A DNA stretch of 64,000 nucleotides from the NCBI RefSeq assembly GCF_009834535.1, contig NC_045696.1:9550001-9614000 (forward strand), read 5' to 3'. Source of the stretch: Camelus ferus. Taxonomy: Eukaryota. The notes under the pieces are model-generated. The model did not search any database. It saw only the letters and a list, made by a program, of their open reading frames with translations, and was not told the DNA's origin. Shown here one piece after another: positions 26,317-39,665 of the stretch. A program made the position numbers and the translations under genes. Every line of letters starts with the position of its first letter. The first letter of the stretch is position 1.

Positions 26317-26708
26317 GGGATCAGGGAGCCCCCAACCAGACCCAGGCCAACGCTGTTCTGGGGAACCTGCTGAGGGACCCCACGGAGGGGAGGAACAGCA
26401 CCAACTCCACCAGGGCCCTGAAGCTTCTAGATGGGACCAGTGCCGCCTGGTACATCCTCACCATCATCGGCATCTACGGAGTGATTTTACTCTTCCGGTT
26501 GGCCAGCGACATCCTCAGAAAGAACGATAAGTCCTTGGAAGATATTTATTACTCAAATCTGACATCAGAACTCAAAAAGAAAGGGTTCCAGAACAAATGC
26601 CCTTCACTGACCGTTAGCAACAAAGCTGTCCTGCAGCTCAACCAGGCCAGCCTGGAACCCACGCGTGGAAACATCAGGCCTCATACCAAAATTCAAGGGG
26701 TCCCTTGA
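26317..26708 (+). CDS. SMIM34: SMIM34 main coding exon; spliced product 132 aa single-pass membrane protein
   Basis: Acceptor ctctctgtttctcAG at 26315-26316. The frame reads (W)DQGAPNQTQANAVLGNLLRDPTEGRNSTNSTRALKLLDGTSAAWYILTIIGIYGVILLFRLASDILRKNDKSLEDIYYSNLTSELKKKG...GVP*, recognisable as SMIM34. Syntenic position between KCNE1 and FAM243. Candidate AATAAA at 27504-27509. Confidence 0.92.
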
Positions 26709-28023
26709 AAGTCGAGGCAAGCAGATTGGAGACAAAAGATTCAACCTTCCTGCTGGGGAGAGTAGCTGTGAGTTCACCTGGAACCTTGAGAGAGGAGTCG
26801 AGCCCCTGAGTGGGGCTGGAAGAGCATTGCTGAGCAGTGGGTCCTTCTGGGAGATGGAGGTGTGACCAAAAGCCAGCGTCTCATTTCCTTCTCAGGCTTC
26901 TGGGTGCTTTGAGAAGAAAGAGCAGGAGTAGTAGCTTCCAGCCATATTATCATTCACTGGACAATCTTAAGCTCCAGGAAAGGGTGTGGGACAGCCGGCA
27001 TCCTCAGAGGAATCTGGGAGATTCCTGGGGTGTACATAAAGGTGGCCTCTTGTCATGGGAAGAAGGCTGAATTTGGAGTCAAATGCCTTGGATGAAAATA
27101 CAACTTCTAGAGGGTCACATGAACTCTGAGGGGCCAGCGGCTCACTTGGAACATGTGAGGGCTGGATATATGGCCCCGGAACGCTATTCATTCTAAAGAC
27201 TCTGATAAGAATATAGAAACAAAGTTATCAATATCAACACTTTCATTTTCAAAAGTTCTTCATTTTCATTGAGAGGGTAGAGTCCACTGGAAAAAAAGCA
27301 TTCATTTTGGAGTTGGAAGAACCAAATTCTAGTCTGAGTTTGACTATTGGCCATTCTTGGTGGCCTTGCACACACAACTTCCCCTCTCCAGACCTTGGTT
27401 TCCTTACAGATACAAGGAGGCTCATGATGTCAGTGTTCTGCCAGTCTTATAAAGTAGGTAAGAGCTAGTGAGCTCATGCACGTGAATGTATTTTGAGAAG
27501 TAAAATAAATATGTAAATATAAGGCTTGTTGTGGTGCTGGTGATGATGGTGATGTTGATGGTGGTGGTGGTGAAGCTCTTGTGGACCAGGGAATGACTGG
27601 TCTACTGGTAATTAGTCTGTAAGCAATGGCTGTGTTACCTTATTCTACAGGAGAATCCCTCTGCATAACAGTTGATGACCTGTGCTCTGAATCAAATCCA
27701 TGAGACTCAAGTTGTACACATAGATGAAACAGTCACTTTTAGTTTCTGTTACCTTAGACATCATATGATTCATTCAAATGTTTTTACAAATATTTATTAC
27801 TTATATTACTTATATATTTGTCATTGCTTCAAAAAGAGTAAGATCTTGCCTAGATGACTGGTTAATTTAGAGACATTGTGATTAGTCCAATTTCCACAAG
27901 TGGCTTTCAGTAGGCAAAGAGAAAAATTATATTTTATACCAACTTCTGTGAAATTTCTCTAGTTTGGATTTTGTTGGTGTCCCCTGCACTACAAATAATT
28001 TTCCCCCATCTGGGCCACAACCA

Positions 28024-28054
<31 letters not shown>

Positions 28055-30035
28055 CATATTTTCCACATCATCATCTCACGGGTTCTCCAGCAAAAGTCTT
28101 GGTTTGTTTACATCGTTAGGGCTGGGCTCCATTCCTGTGTTTGAGATGCCTACAGGGCAGGATAAAACAGTAGACACAAAGATGGACAAAAATGTAATCT
28201 GCAGCGAATAAGAATACAGAATGCACTGAAATGGGAGCCAAAGGTCAGAACTGAAGTGAATTTGAAGGCAGAATCCTCCCCTGCCTTCACTCAGCACCCC
28301 CTAATCTGCATGTGGGACTCCATCTGGCTCTGAGACAGCTGAAACTGCTCCCAGCCCAAGGGCTGAAATGAAAGACCTAGTTAATATGGTCAGTGAGTTC
28401 CCTCTCCAGCTTCACTGACTGGGTCCTGGCTGGACCCATGACATCAGTAAGCCCAGCCCTCCGAATGGCGGGAAGCACTTCAGCGGGGATGCTGGGACGC
28501 AGAAGCCCCCTCTCGTGCTGGGTGGTGTTCAAAGGAGATCTGAGTGTGAAATTGCTGGAGCCCTTTTGTCACCATCAGAAAAGCCAATCTGAGGGCAAAA
28601 GCCAACACAGAGAGGAGAACTGAGGAAAGCACAGTGGCTAGAGTCCTGATCAAAGTGTGCCCAAGGCCTTAATTTCCCAATGGACTGTTTTAGTCCATGA
28701 GCCAACAAATTTCCTTTATTAAGTCCATTGCAGGTAAGCTTTCTGTCCCCCTCAGTCAAAAGTGTCCTCAGTGATACCGCTGGAGAAGTAATTTCCTGAA
28801 GGACCGGGGCCTTGAAGTAGAATTTGATAAAAGTATTGTGATATGGTAAGGTGGGACCATTTCTTTCACCAAGATTTTTATATTTCCAGGATTTTGTGTT
28901 TATAGGGAAAACACAGATTCAGTATTCCTTCTTATGTCAGCTCAATGGCCACTTGTAAGATTTCTCATTACTTGACCTCTCGAAGTGCATTCAGTGAGAT
29001 TTTATTCCATTTAATCCCCAACCCCTGAATCTTATCATGGAAACCCCTAGGAGGGCCTGTCATGTTAGCCATGAGGTCACGACTGGCTCCAAATGTGTTT
29101 CCTAAGGAGCAAAAGCCACTGTCTTCCCGTTGACACCCAGACACAGCACATTACATGGGATCCAAGGACATTTTCCCTGGCACCTCACTGTTGCCTGAGC
29201 CAACTTCACCCACTTCCTGGGGAGCTGGTCTGAGAGGTTCCCCGGGAGATGTGTCCTTGGACGGGAACTAGGTCTCCGTAGGCTCCGTTTTAAGCAAGAC
29301 TGGTGGGAAACAACTTCAAGTATTATGGACACTTTGTTCAAAATCCCTTGGATTTAAAATGTTCAGGCTCAGAGCAAGTAATCGCTGTCTTGGCAAAGCC
29401 TGTGTAGCTGGACTAGTAGGGAAGGTGCCGGCAACACAGCGGAAGTGTTCAGTTCCGTGAGTGGGGAAGACGTTTGCATGTTTCACCAACCCTGGTGGAG
29501 ACAGGAACGGAGCAAACTGATTCCCAACATTCTAGACACTTTTTCCTTCTTTGTCCCATAGTAAGTTTGCCTCCAGTTTAGCAAATCAGGTCAGATGAAG
29601 GCCTTCCTCTGAAATGGAAATTATTTAAAGTGTACAAGGGAACTGTTTAGCTGTCTCCAGAAATGGCTTCCTCTGGGATTTGTGGTTGTGGTACCCGGGT
29701 TTGTAACAAATCAAATCAAGTTCCCCAGAGCTTTCCTGGGTAATTGGAATGCATCTATTCTAAATAAAAGTCTAATCAGCTCAGCTGCATTATGATTTGT
29801 CTGATGTGATATAATGATCACAAGATTTTTTAAAAGGATTTTAAAAAAGAATTTAGAGGCTAAGCATTTGTTAGTATTTACCCAGCTCTTCCTAGAGTGG
29901 CAGGTGGCTCTGATTCTCAGAACTGATGCTGATCGTTTGTCTAGATTTTTCACCAGAGCAGATGAACGTCAACTCACCCTTCAATCAAAAAGTTCTTCTT
30001 TTGGCAAAATTGAAACCAACTGTAGCTAACTCACA

Positions 30036-30142
30036 AGAAAAGAAGGAAAGAAAGGAAAGAAAGGAAGAAAAGAAAGGAAAGAAAGGAAAGAAAGGAAAGA
30101 AAGGAAGAAAGGAAGAAAGGAAGAAAGGAAGAAAGGAAGAAA

Positions 30143-30207
<65 letters not shown>

Positions 30208-30241
30208 GAAGGAAGGAAGGAAGGAAGGAAGGAAGGAAAGG
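30036..30241 (+). repeat. Compound polypurine microsatellite, irregular GA-rich units then (GAAA)n-(GGAA)n
   Basis: Seen directly in the sequence. Confidence 0.97.
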
Positions 30242-31800
30242 ATCTGTGGGATCTGTGGGAAGGCAAGTGAGGTGGCTCACAGAATCACAAGGACAGCAGC
30301 TTATCCCGGCCTCAGGAGGGACAGAAGCCCTCACTCAGGGGCCCCAGCTGGAAAGCCTTCTCTCTAGGGCCCTCCCAGAAGATGGCTTAGCTCCCATGTG
30401 TTCTCTTTGTGCCTCTGCTCAAGTCAAATGTCAGAGGAGAGCACAGCACTGGATGGGATACAGCAGGTGCCCCTCCACCCCCAACCCCGGACCAGTCGCA
30501 GAGGGTGGGCCCAGGGAGCGGTGAGCTCTGATTGGCTGAGGTTGGATCATGTGCTCCCTCATGTGACCTGAGGGCACTAAGTCTGTGAAGACAATGCCCT
30601 TAAAAGGAACCATTGCTCAGATATCACCCTCTGTGAAGCTTTTTTGATCTCAAAGGCAGACTTGTTTTCTCCTCTTAGGGCTACTGTAGCACTTGGTAAA
30701 CACTTGGATGGATCAAAGAGAAAATTTTATTTAACAGAATTTCTCCAAGGATGGGAACTGCATTTGTTACCAAGTATTCCATACAGGAAGCCAGACCCCC
30801 AAGGGCTCCAGGATGTGGTGGAACTATTCTACAGGAGTTCAGGAGAAGAATTTGCTTCTCAAGAGAGGTAGCAGGGAGGAAAAGATGGAGGAGGGACTTA
30901 GGGATGTGGGAGGGTGGCGGACTACACTGAGGAATGTCTTTGCAATGGCCTGCCCACCACCGCTCCCACCAGCCCTGGTCTACAGTGTTATAAAACTCAC
31001 GAAACAAATGCTTGAAGGAGAGGTCTGCAAGACAGCAAAGGCACTCAGTGACGTGTCCAGGCTGAGGCAGGTGGAGTTGAAGTGGCAGGCAGACGTGGGA
31101 CGCTGGGGACGGAAGAGCGCTGGGCTAGTTTCAGCTTAGTTTTAGTTTAGCTTCAGCTAAACTATCAAGAAGCAACAAAAGTCATGGGGAAGCTGGTACC
31201 AGATTTTACCAAATCCCCGTACACTGGGTGTGGGGAAGAGGGAGGGCGCAGTGAGTGCTTGCAGGAGGCGCCTGAAAATTCGATCCATCTGTTAGAGCAC
31301 TTATCATATAATGCTTACCATGCAACGCCACAAGTACTAGCCTGCAGTCTCTGTCCCCCACTGACCCATGAGAATATGATTTTAAGAATAAGGACAAGAT
31401 CTTTTTAGTTTCGACACCATCCACTCTTTGCAAAACACACAGGAAATATTTTCTAAATGAGTGAATGATGTGTACATAGTGTGTCACAATGGATGCTATT
31501 CCATTTGGGGCAGTAGGTACCAACAATTTTCTCTAGGCACTTCCTTCTAGTGGAAATGTCCTGTCCCCAGACAAGATATAATGATCATGGATTTTGCACA
31601 GAGATTGGTTGCCCTTAAGGTACACTTCCAACAAGCAGAGAGAGCTGGCTCATTATTGGTTATAATTTCTATGTTTACACAGTACCTTTCTCTTTCTATC
31701 TCGTTTCAGTCCTTATAACAGCCATGGGAGGTGGGTAAGCTCAGACATGCTCTCTTCCAGAAAGCCTGCTCCTCGTGCCTAACATCCTACAGATGTGCTA

Positions 31801-31836
31801 AAAACAAAACAAAACAAAACAAAACAAAACAAAAAC
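31801..31836 (+). repeat. (CAAAA)n microsatellite
   Basis: Seen directly in the sequence. Confidence 0.9.
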
Positions 31837-32437
31837 CCAGTCATACTCATTTAAAAATAGCAACTACAATAAAAGGACTTGGTGTGTCCTAGGCACCAAG
31901 TGTTCTGCATGTATTATTCACTTGCCTGTTACCCACTCTCTGCATCCCCAGGTCCTGTGCTAACACCCACCAACGAAGCTGGAAACCAACCACGCACCCA
32001 TTTAAACAGAGGAAGTTCTGTATAAAGAATTATTAAATGATGACAGGGAAGAAACTATAAAGATGCAAAGAGAATTTTAAAGCATATCCTAGAGCTGAGA
32101 GAGGGCACCCAGGAAAGGGCAGCCTTGGAAAGGGGCCCCTCCCCAAGGCTGAGGTGCAGACCTCTTCGGAGAAGATGTGATTATAGCCACTGGGTAGTGG
32201 AGAAGTTCACAGGCTGGCCTGGGCCACAGTCTTTGGACAGTAGTTAACAAGTTTGCTGGCACAGGAGAGATAGGGCTGGCGGGAGGGTGCAGAGAGAGAA
32301 TCCTGCTTACTGGAGAGGTGGCACACAGTCTGGTGTGTACCGCGCCCACCATGGGAAGGCTGCAGAAAACAGCTGTCCAGGACAGAGGCCAGCAGGGGCT
32401 AGTGAACAGCTAGGAGGCAGGCTGGGGCACCAGTAGT

Positions 32438-32630
32438 GTGCTATGGGCTGAAAGTTTGTCTCCCCACCTCTACCCCAAATTCATATGTTTTAGCCCTCTT
32501 CCCCAGTGTGATGGTATTAGGAAGTGGGGCCTTTGGAAAGTGATCAGGTTTTGATGAGGTCATGCGGGTGGAGCCCCACATTGGAATTAGTGTCCTTATA
32601 GGAAGAAAGACAGGCTCTGTGCTCGTTGTA
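32438..32630 (+). mobile_element. MaLR (MLT1A-like) LTR 5' fragment
   Basis: tgctatgggctgaa...ccccaaattcatatgtt...gtgatggtattaggaagtggggcctttgg...gattagtgtccttata-like consensus blocks. Confidence 0.7.
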
Positions 32631-34218
32631 AGAGAGAGATTCAGGAGAATGTGTTAGAAGAGGACTGAAAAATTGATCAATAAAACTCAAGTCAGAGCAG
32701 AAAAAGAAATTTATGTGTCTTCTACCTTCAGCATTAGGGACACAACTCAACACACTGGAAATTTTAATGACGTGAAACCAACCAGCAGGATTACGTTAAT
32801 GAGCCTCCAGCAGAAGTCATACATGTCAAATTGAACCACATCACTTCCAGGACAGGGACTTCTGCGTGGCTTTCACGTGGGAGCACATCCTGAGGTTCCT
32901 CAGGGGGTATTATTGCTGTAATTATTATTTGCCAGAGAGGCACTAAGCTGTCTGTGCCCCAAGTCATGCTCCTCCTATCTTGTTTGAAACCCTGATTGCC
33001 CCATGCCTTCTGCCCCTAGGCTGCCCCTAAGGCCCAAACAAGCCCTTTCACACTGGTGCCTCTTTGTTAGCAGGAGGTGCAGAGGGGAGCCTCTCCAGGC
33101 AGGGCCCTTGATCCCACACCCGCTGCCTTGCAAACTCACTTAGCAGGGAGTTACATTGGGAAGTTTAATCAGCAGAAAACAAGAGGGGGTCCCAGCTGGA
33201 GCCCAGGCTGTGTCCCCTGCTGGGGTCGGATGTATCTGAACAATTGTCAGGGAGGCTTTTTGCAAGAAGAGGAGAGGGTATGTTTCCTCCTGGGGTAAAG
33301 AGAGAAGCAGGGAAGTAAGTTTGGGCCCCTCTCGGGTCCCGAGTGCCCAGACATCCTAGGAAGAATTCTGAGATTTGGGGCGGGGCTGCTTACGTCACAA
33401 GCACACCCTGAACCACGTGATGGGCTGGGGTGGCGGGGGGGGGGGGCGCGTTGTGCTGATTGGCTTAGTTCTGGAGCTGGACCTGACAGGGCTTCCTCCC
33501 AAAGAACCTGAGCTTCCTGGGAGACAGGTGATCACCAAGGGAACTCAGGGCCCTGTTGCGAAGTGGGCGGGGAAATGGAAGCGAGGGAGGCAACCACGTG
33601 TCCACTAACAGTGAGACAAGAAGGGACGAAAACTAAGATTTAATGAACACTACCGATGCTGGCTGCTTTGACGTATGGTCAGAGGAGATCCCCTTATAAA
33701 AATGCCGCAAGGCGGGTGCTATAATTGAGGCTCAGAGAGTCTGAGACGCCTGTATGTTGTCAAACAGCAGGGCAAGAGGCTCAAAGCTAGGTCCACGTGA
33801 TGGTTCTATGAATTCTTTGTCCAAAATACACCTTTATTTTCATTCACGGTGAGGAGTGGGAAGGCTGCCGGCTCCCGCTAGGTTCATTTCTCTCTCACGC
33901 CACGTGCGCACAGCGGGTGGGCTGGGGCTCCGCTCTGTGTCGCCCTGTCCTCGCTCTGAGACCCAGAGTTCCCGAGCATCCGCTCTCTGAAACATCTCTG
34001 CTCTCTGTGCTGAAGGGAAGCGCTCCAGGGAGTCCCACCTGGATGATTAAATGATTCAGCCTGGAAGAGACATGCGTCACACCCAACTGCCACTCACTGG
34101 CTAGATTAGCCCCATGGTCCTCCCAACCACAAGCGGGCAGGGAAGCCCAGGGCCAAAAATCTGGGCAGAGGACCAGTGGCTACCAGAGTCCAACATGATC
34201 TGGGGATTCTCAAACCAT

Positions 34219-34583
34219 GTGCTACGGACTGAATCTTTGTGTCCCCCACAAAACTCCTATGAGAAAGGCTAACCTCTGATGCCTGGTGTTAGGAGGTGGG
34301 GCATTTGTGTGGGTGATGAGATCATGAGGGTGGGGCCCCCATGATGGGATTGGTGCCCTTTGAGAGAAGACATGGGCGCTTGCCTCCTCCAGTCTCTGCC
34401 CAGCCCACGTGAGGACACACCGGGTAGACGGCTGTCTGAAAACCAGGGCTGAGCCCTCACCAGACGCTGGATCTGCCCACACGTGATCTTGGACTTCCTG
34501 CCCCCAGAGCCGTGAGAGCTGAGCACTCGCTGTTTAAGCGGGGTCTGTGGTAACTTGTTACAGCAGCCCAGCGGGACTGAGAC
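34219..34583 (+). mobile_element. MaLR (MLT1A-like) solo LTR
   Basis: tgctacggactgaatctttgtgtccccc...ggaggtggggc...catgagggtggggcccccatgatgggatt...gccctcaccagac...ttgttacagcagccc...actgagac. Confidence 0.75.
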
Positions 34584-35646
34584 GCCTTGTTGCCTGGATT
34601 CCTCAAGTCTCCACAGGAGCAGGGAGAAGCCAGCCCCGTCCCCTACTTTTCCCCTACTCTTCTACCCTTTTCATTTCTATAGAACTCAAACCTTTCTCCA
34701 TTAAAAACTCTACCTATGTGTACATGAGGGAAAAAAAATTGTTCTGTTCCTTTCAAAACTAACTCTGAGGTCCCTGCCAGCTCTGCACCCCCAGGGACCC
34801 CCCAGGCCCTGAGGAGGCCTTGTTCTCAGACAGGGGGTTTCAACTTGGCCTCACTTTAGAATCACATGAAAGATTGCAAATATTGTGGTGATGTCTAGGC
34901 CTCAGCCAAGACCATTTCAAAGCTCGGAGACCAGAAAGAAGCAAAGCTCCTCCCAGGGTTCCTGGATGCACCCGGCTTGAGGATCGCTGTTCCAGGCAGG
35001 GTGTGGGAGCAGCTTCAGACCCTGTGTGCTGGCCCGTGTCTCACAGGGGAAGGCTGGAGGGGAAGCCCAGGATGGGAGATTGACCTCAGCCTCATGCCTA
35101 ATGCCCCTAACATTTCCTGCACAGCCACGTTTGTGGACTAAGACTCAAACTCACACACGTGCACACACATCTGTTTATATGCGGGACAACTCCTTTAGTT
35201 CATGGGATTTTTTTTTTGGAGGGGGTGCGTCGCGGTGGACGAAACCACTCTCCAAGTGTTCCCTTCCTTTGTGGGACAAGCATGATTTGCGCCAGGTACA
35301 CAGACAGAACCAGAGCAATACTTACACACTGAGCTAAGGTCTCTGCCACTGTCTGTCTTTGAACTGAACAAACCTGATCCCCTAGTCATGCAAAATTAAT
35401 TTCAGTGAATTGACATGTTACACTGTTCTACCTTAGAATACCCGTTCCCCGGGCAGCAGAGAAGAGAGAAGTACAGAAGCGTTTTCTAGAAAAGCAGATA
35501 GTAGTTACTCTCAGGGCCAAGGGAGAAGGTTGTGACTGGGGAGGGATGCGTGGGGTGGGGGGCGCTTTAGGAATAGCAAGCTTCTAGCTCCTGTCCTGGG
35601 AGGTAGTTACAGTGTTGCCTCTTAAGTCCTCATGGAGACATATCCA

Positions 35647-35664
35647 TACTGCCCCCTGGTGGTT
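35647..35664 (-). promoter_or_regulatory. CTCF consensus motif
   Basis: The reverse complement AACCACCAGGGGGCAGTA matches the CTCF core. Confidence 0.6.
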
Positions 35665-36517
35665 CTTCAGCCACCCTGCAAAATCTCTAAAGTAGGAGGT
35701 GATCCAAAGTGAAGCTTTGTTCTTTCTCCTAGGCCCTCAGTATCTCCCAGTGGAACCCATAGTTAAGGATGGTGTAGCATCAGGGGAAGGAGCAAAGGGA
35801 AGGGTTCTCTGAATTTTTCTGGCCATCCATAGTTCAATGCTTTGCTTGAGTCCGGGCTCTGAGAAAGGCGCTTGGAGAACACACGCTTCGTGTTAACGTC
35901 ACTATACTGGGTTAGTCGTACTGCCTGGCATTGCCGCAACTGGAATCCCCTTGGGGATTCCCTTTGTGGGAAGAAAATCCTCATCCATTCAATAGTCAAG
36001 TAAGGGACATAATAAATCATTTTGTCCACCTCTTCATTTGAAGGAATCCATCATGCTCACTTGAGAAACATCTTTAGCTCTAAGGAGACAAGAAAATACA
36101 AACAAAGGAAGTTGAAGAGGCTGCTAGAGTTTGAAGCAAACTAGCATTTCGCCTTGAATATATAAAATTAAAGTCCTTTGCAGATGGGGTATTAAATTAG
36201 CTCAAGAATTGGCAGCTCCCAGTGAAAGATGGGTGTGCAGGCCAGCTTTCCTTTGCTGTTGGCCATACCCTCTTCGTGACACTGGAAAAAGCACTCTTGA
36301 TTATGAAAGTGGGCAGACAGCGGGCACAAAGTCTGTGCACTCACAGACAGAAACCACACGCACGCCCAGGTCTGTCCGGATGTGTCAGGACTGTCCCCTT
36401 GGGGCCAGGCACAAAGCAGGTGCTTAGAATGGATGAATAAATACAAATATTACTCTCCATCTTCATGACCCAAGTGGAAACGAGTCAGGAACTCGACTCA
36501 TCACTGTTAAAAGGTTG

Positions 36518-36900
36518 CTGTCAGGGGCTGAATTGTGTCTCCCCCAAATCACAGGTCGAAGCCCTAACCCCTAGTACCTCAGAATGTGACTGTCTTTGGA
36601 GATAGGGTCTTTAAAGAGGTGATTAAGGTAAAACAAGAGCATGTGACGGGGCCCTAAGCCCATAGGACCAGTGTACTTATAAGAAGAGGACTTTAGGACA
36701 GAGACACGTGGGCACACAGAGGAAAGGCCAAGTAGGGACATGGCGGGAAGGCAACATCTGCAAGCCAAGCAGAAAGGTCTCGTGAGAAACCAGAACTGCT
36801 GACACCTTGATCTTAGACGTCTAGCCTCCAGAACTGTGAAAGAAAGAAATGTCTGCTGTTTGTGGAATTTTGTTATGGCGGCCTTAGCAAACTAATATAA
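36518..36900 (+). mobile_element. MaLR (MLT1B-like) solo LTR about 260 bp upstream of the FAM243 ATG
   Basis: gggctgaattgtgtctccccc...ctaacccctagtacctcagaatgtgactgtctttggagatagggtctttaaagaggtgattaagg...gacaccttgatcttagac...cctccagaactgtga...ttgttatggcggccttagcaaactaata. Confidence 0.8.
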
Positions 36901-37149
36901 TTGCCAGTCTCTCTCCAGACCCACTACAGATGCGATGTCAAAGCAATGTTTTGTATGGCCTGTAGTTCCCAATACCATGTCATAGAAGCCAGAAGAGAAC
37001 TGTTCTGAATATGTGTTCCATGACGCTTTGAAATCCAAAGCGTATCTATGGGACTGGCCCTGCTGTAAGAAAGCCCTTTATGAGGTCATCATCCCATTCC
37101 TGCTAGATCTCTGCAGAGGATAGACACCCAAGCTTTCAAAAACACTTGA

Positions 37150-37914
<765 letters not shown>

Positions 37915-39194
37915 GGGTGATTCCAACAAGCAGTAGGACTGTAATACAGGCACTATCTTTACCAACTCTGTTGGCTCTGGACCACTGCAGCCAAATATAC
38001 TACAACAACGATTTCACGGGGATGCTGTGAAGACTGAGGTTCCTAAGAGCATTGGCCAAGAGCTTTAGGTTCGCTGGAGGTTTCATTAAAGCTTGTTGGT
38101 AAATTAGGGATCTGGACTCCCATCTTGTTGAGGCCATTCTGAGGGCTATTGTGTCAGTGGGAGGATTAGAGTTAACCCAGCTCAAAGGAGGCTGGCAGGG
38201 AGCAGACGTGAACAGAGCCAAAGACTGTGTGGTCAAAATTTGGGTCTGAGAGAAAAAGAGAATCAAGTGTGTGGTCACAAAGAGTGGAAATTGTGTAGTG
38301 TGCCAACTGGTTTCAGCCCACCAGAACAGTCCACCGGGAGCCATCTTCCCAGCAGCAGATGTGGTCCAGATGGTGGCTGAACAGGATGTTCCCTTCCTGT
38401 TTCTTGAAAGCAAGGAGGCAGAGGCTGAGCAGGAGACAGCCAAAAAGGTGAAACCCCATCCAGAGCCTCCAAGGCAAGGGGGCGGTCCCCATAAGGAACC
38501 TGGGAAGCTCTGGCAGTGTTTGGCTCAAGTGGGACTTGGCGGGTGAAAAGGTGACAAACTGGGGCGAGGGGATCTACAGAACCCACTTATCCAATCTGTC
38601 TCCCACCCCAACTCCAAGAATCCCAACAGGAGGCCATCAGACCTTCACGCAGCTGCTTCTCAGGGTTGAGCCGCCCGCGGCCGGTGCAGCAGCACGCTAA
38701 CCAAGTTTGGGGGCGCTGATGGCGGTTGCAAGGGTCTGTGGTGGTTATTTTTCACTTCTACAGAGAAAGGCCTGCCTCCTATTAAACATAGCAAAAAATT
38801 CACTCTTGTTTATGTATGTTCAGGCAGTAAGTTTACAATAAAAGTATTACTGTATTATTCTGGGGTGTGTCAAAAACAAAATCTGAAAATTGCTACCCAA
38901 CTCCTAACAGATTGGCCTCTGTATCAGATTGTGAGGCCAGGTTCCTGCTGGCCCAGCACGGAAACATCAGATTCTTTGCTTGTCTTCCTGCCAGACTTCC
39001 CTCCTGCAACTCCCTGGATTATTTAGAAATGCTTTGTCAGAAAATGGATGTTCAGTGCTTTTCAGTGGACTTCTGCAGCATTTCTGTTACCATGCATTTT
39101 ATCTGGGGATAAATTGCACCTACCACCGCCAGCCCCTTGGAACCAGACAGCCTCAGCTGTACCTCCCACTTTACAGCAAATGGTGCAGGATGAG

Positions 39195-39665
39195 TTTCTG
39201 GTGGCTGCTGTAACAAATTACCACATGCTTGGTGGATTAAACCAACAGAAACTTATTCTCTCTGGGTTCTGGAGGCCTGAAATCTGAAATTAGTTCCACT
39301 GAACCAAAATTAAGGTGTCAGCAGGGCCACGCTCCCTCCAGAGGCTCTGATGAGAATCCATTCCTGGTCTCTTCTGGCTTCTGGCGTCTGCCGGCATTCC
39401 TTGGCTTGTGGCCACATCACTCCAATCTCTGCTTCTGTGGCCACATTACTTTCTCCTCTTCTGTGTCAAATCTCCCTCTGTCTCCCTTGGAAGGGACACT
39501 TGTGATGGCATTTAAGGCCCATTCAGATAGTCCAGAATCATCTCGCCATCTCAAAATCCTTAACTTCATCACATATGCAAAGATTCTTTGTCCATACAGG
39601 GCAACAGTCACAGGTTCCAGGCCTTAGGACCTGGATGCCTCTGGGGACCACCATTCAGTTGAGCA
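39195..39665 (-). mobile_element. MaLR (MLT1C/D-like) LTR
   Basis: ggctgctgtaacaaattaccaca...aacagaaacttattctctc...ttctggaggcc...aaggtgtcagcagggccacgctccctc...atccttaacttcatcacat. Confidence 0.8.

Noticed and set aside
26282..26530. 82-aa ATG-initiated ORF overlapping the SMIM34 exon in another frame
   Set aside because: It starts in the intron upstream of the acceptor, and the alternative frame gives no recognisable protein.
38313..38528. Minus ORF with a hydrophobic stretch followed by KK (FHLFGCLLLSLCLLAFKKQ), considered as another KCNE-like remnant
   Set aside because: It lacks the YIL, GxxG and DPY/F hallmarks and the sequons, has a non-ATG start, and the region looks like an old LTR fragment.
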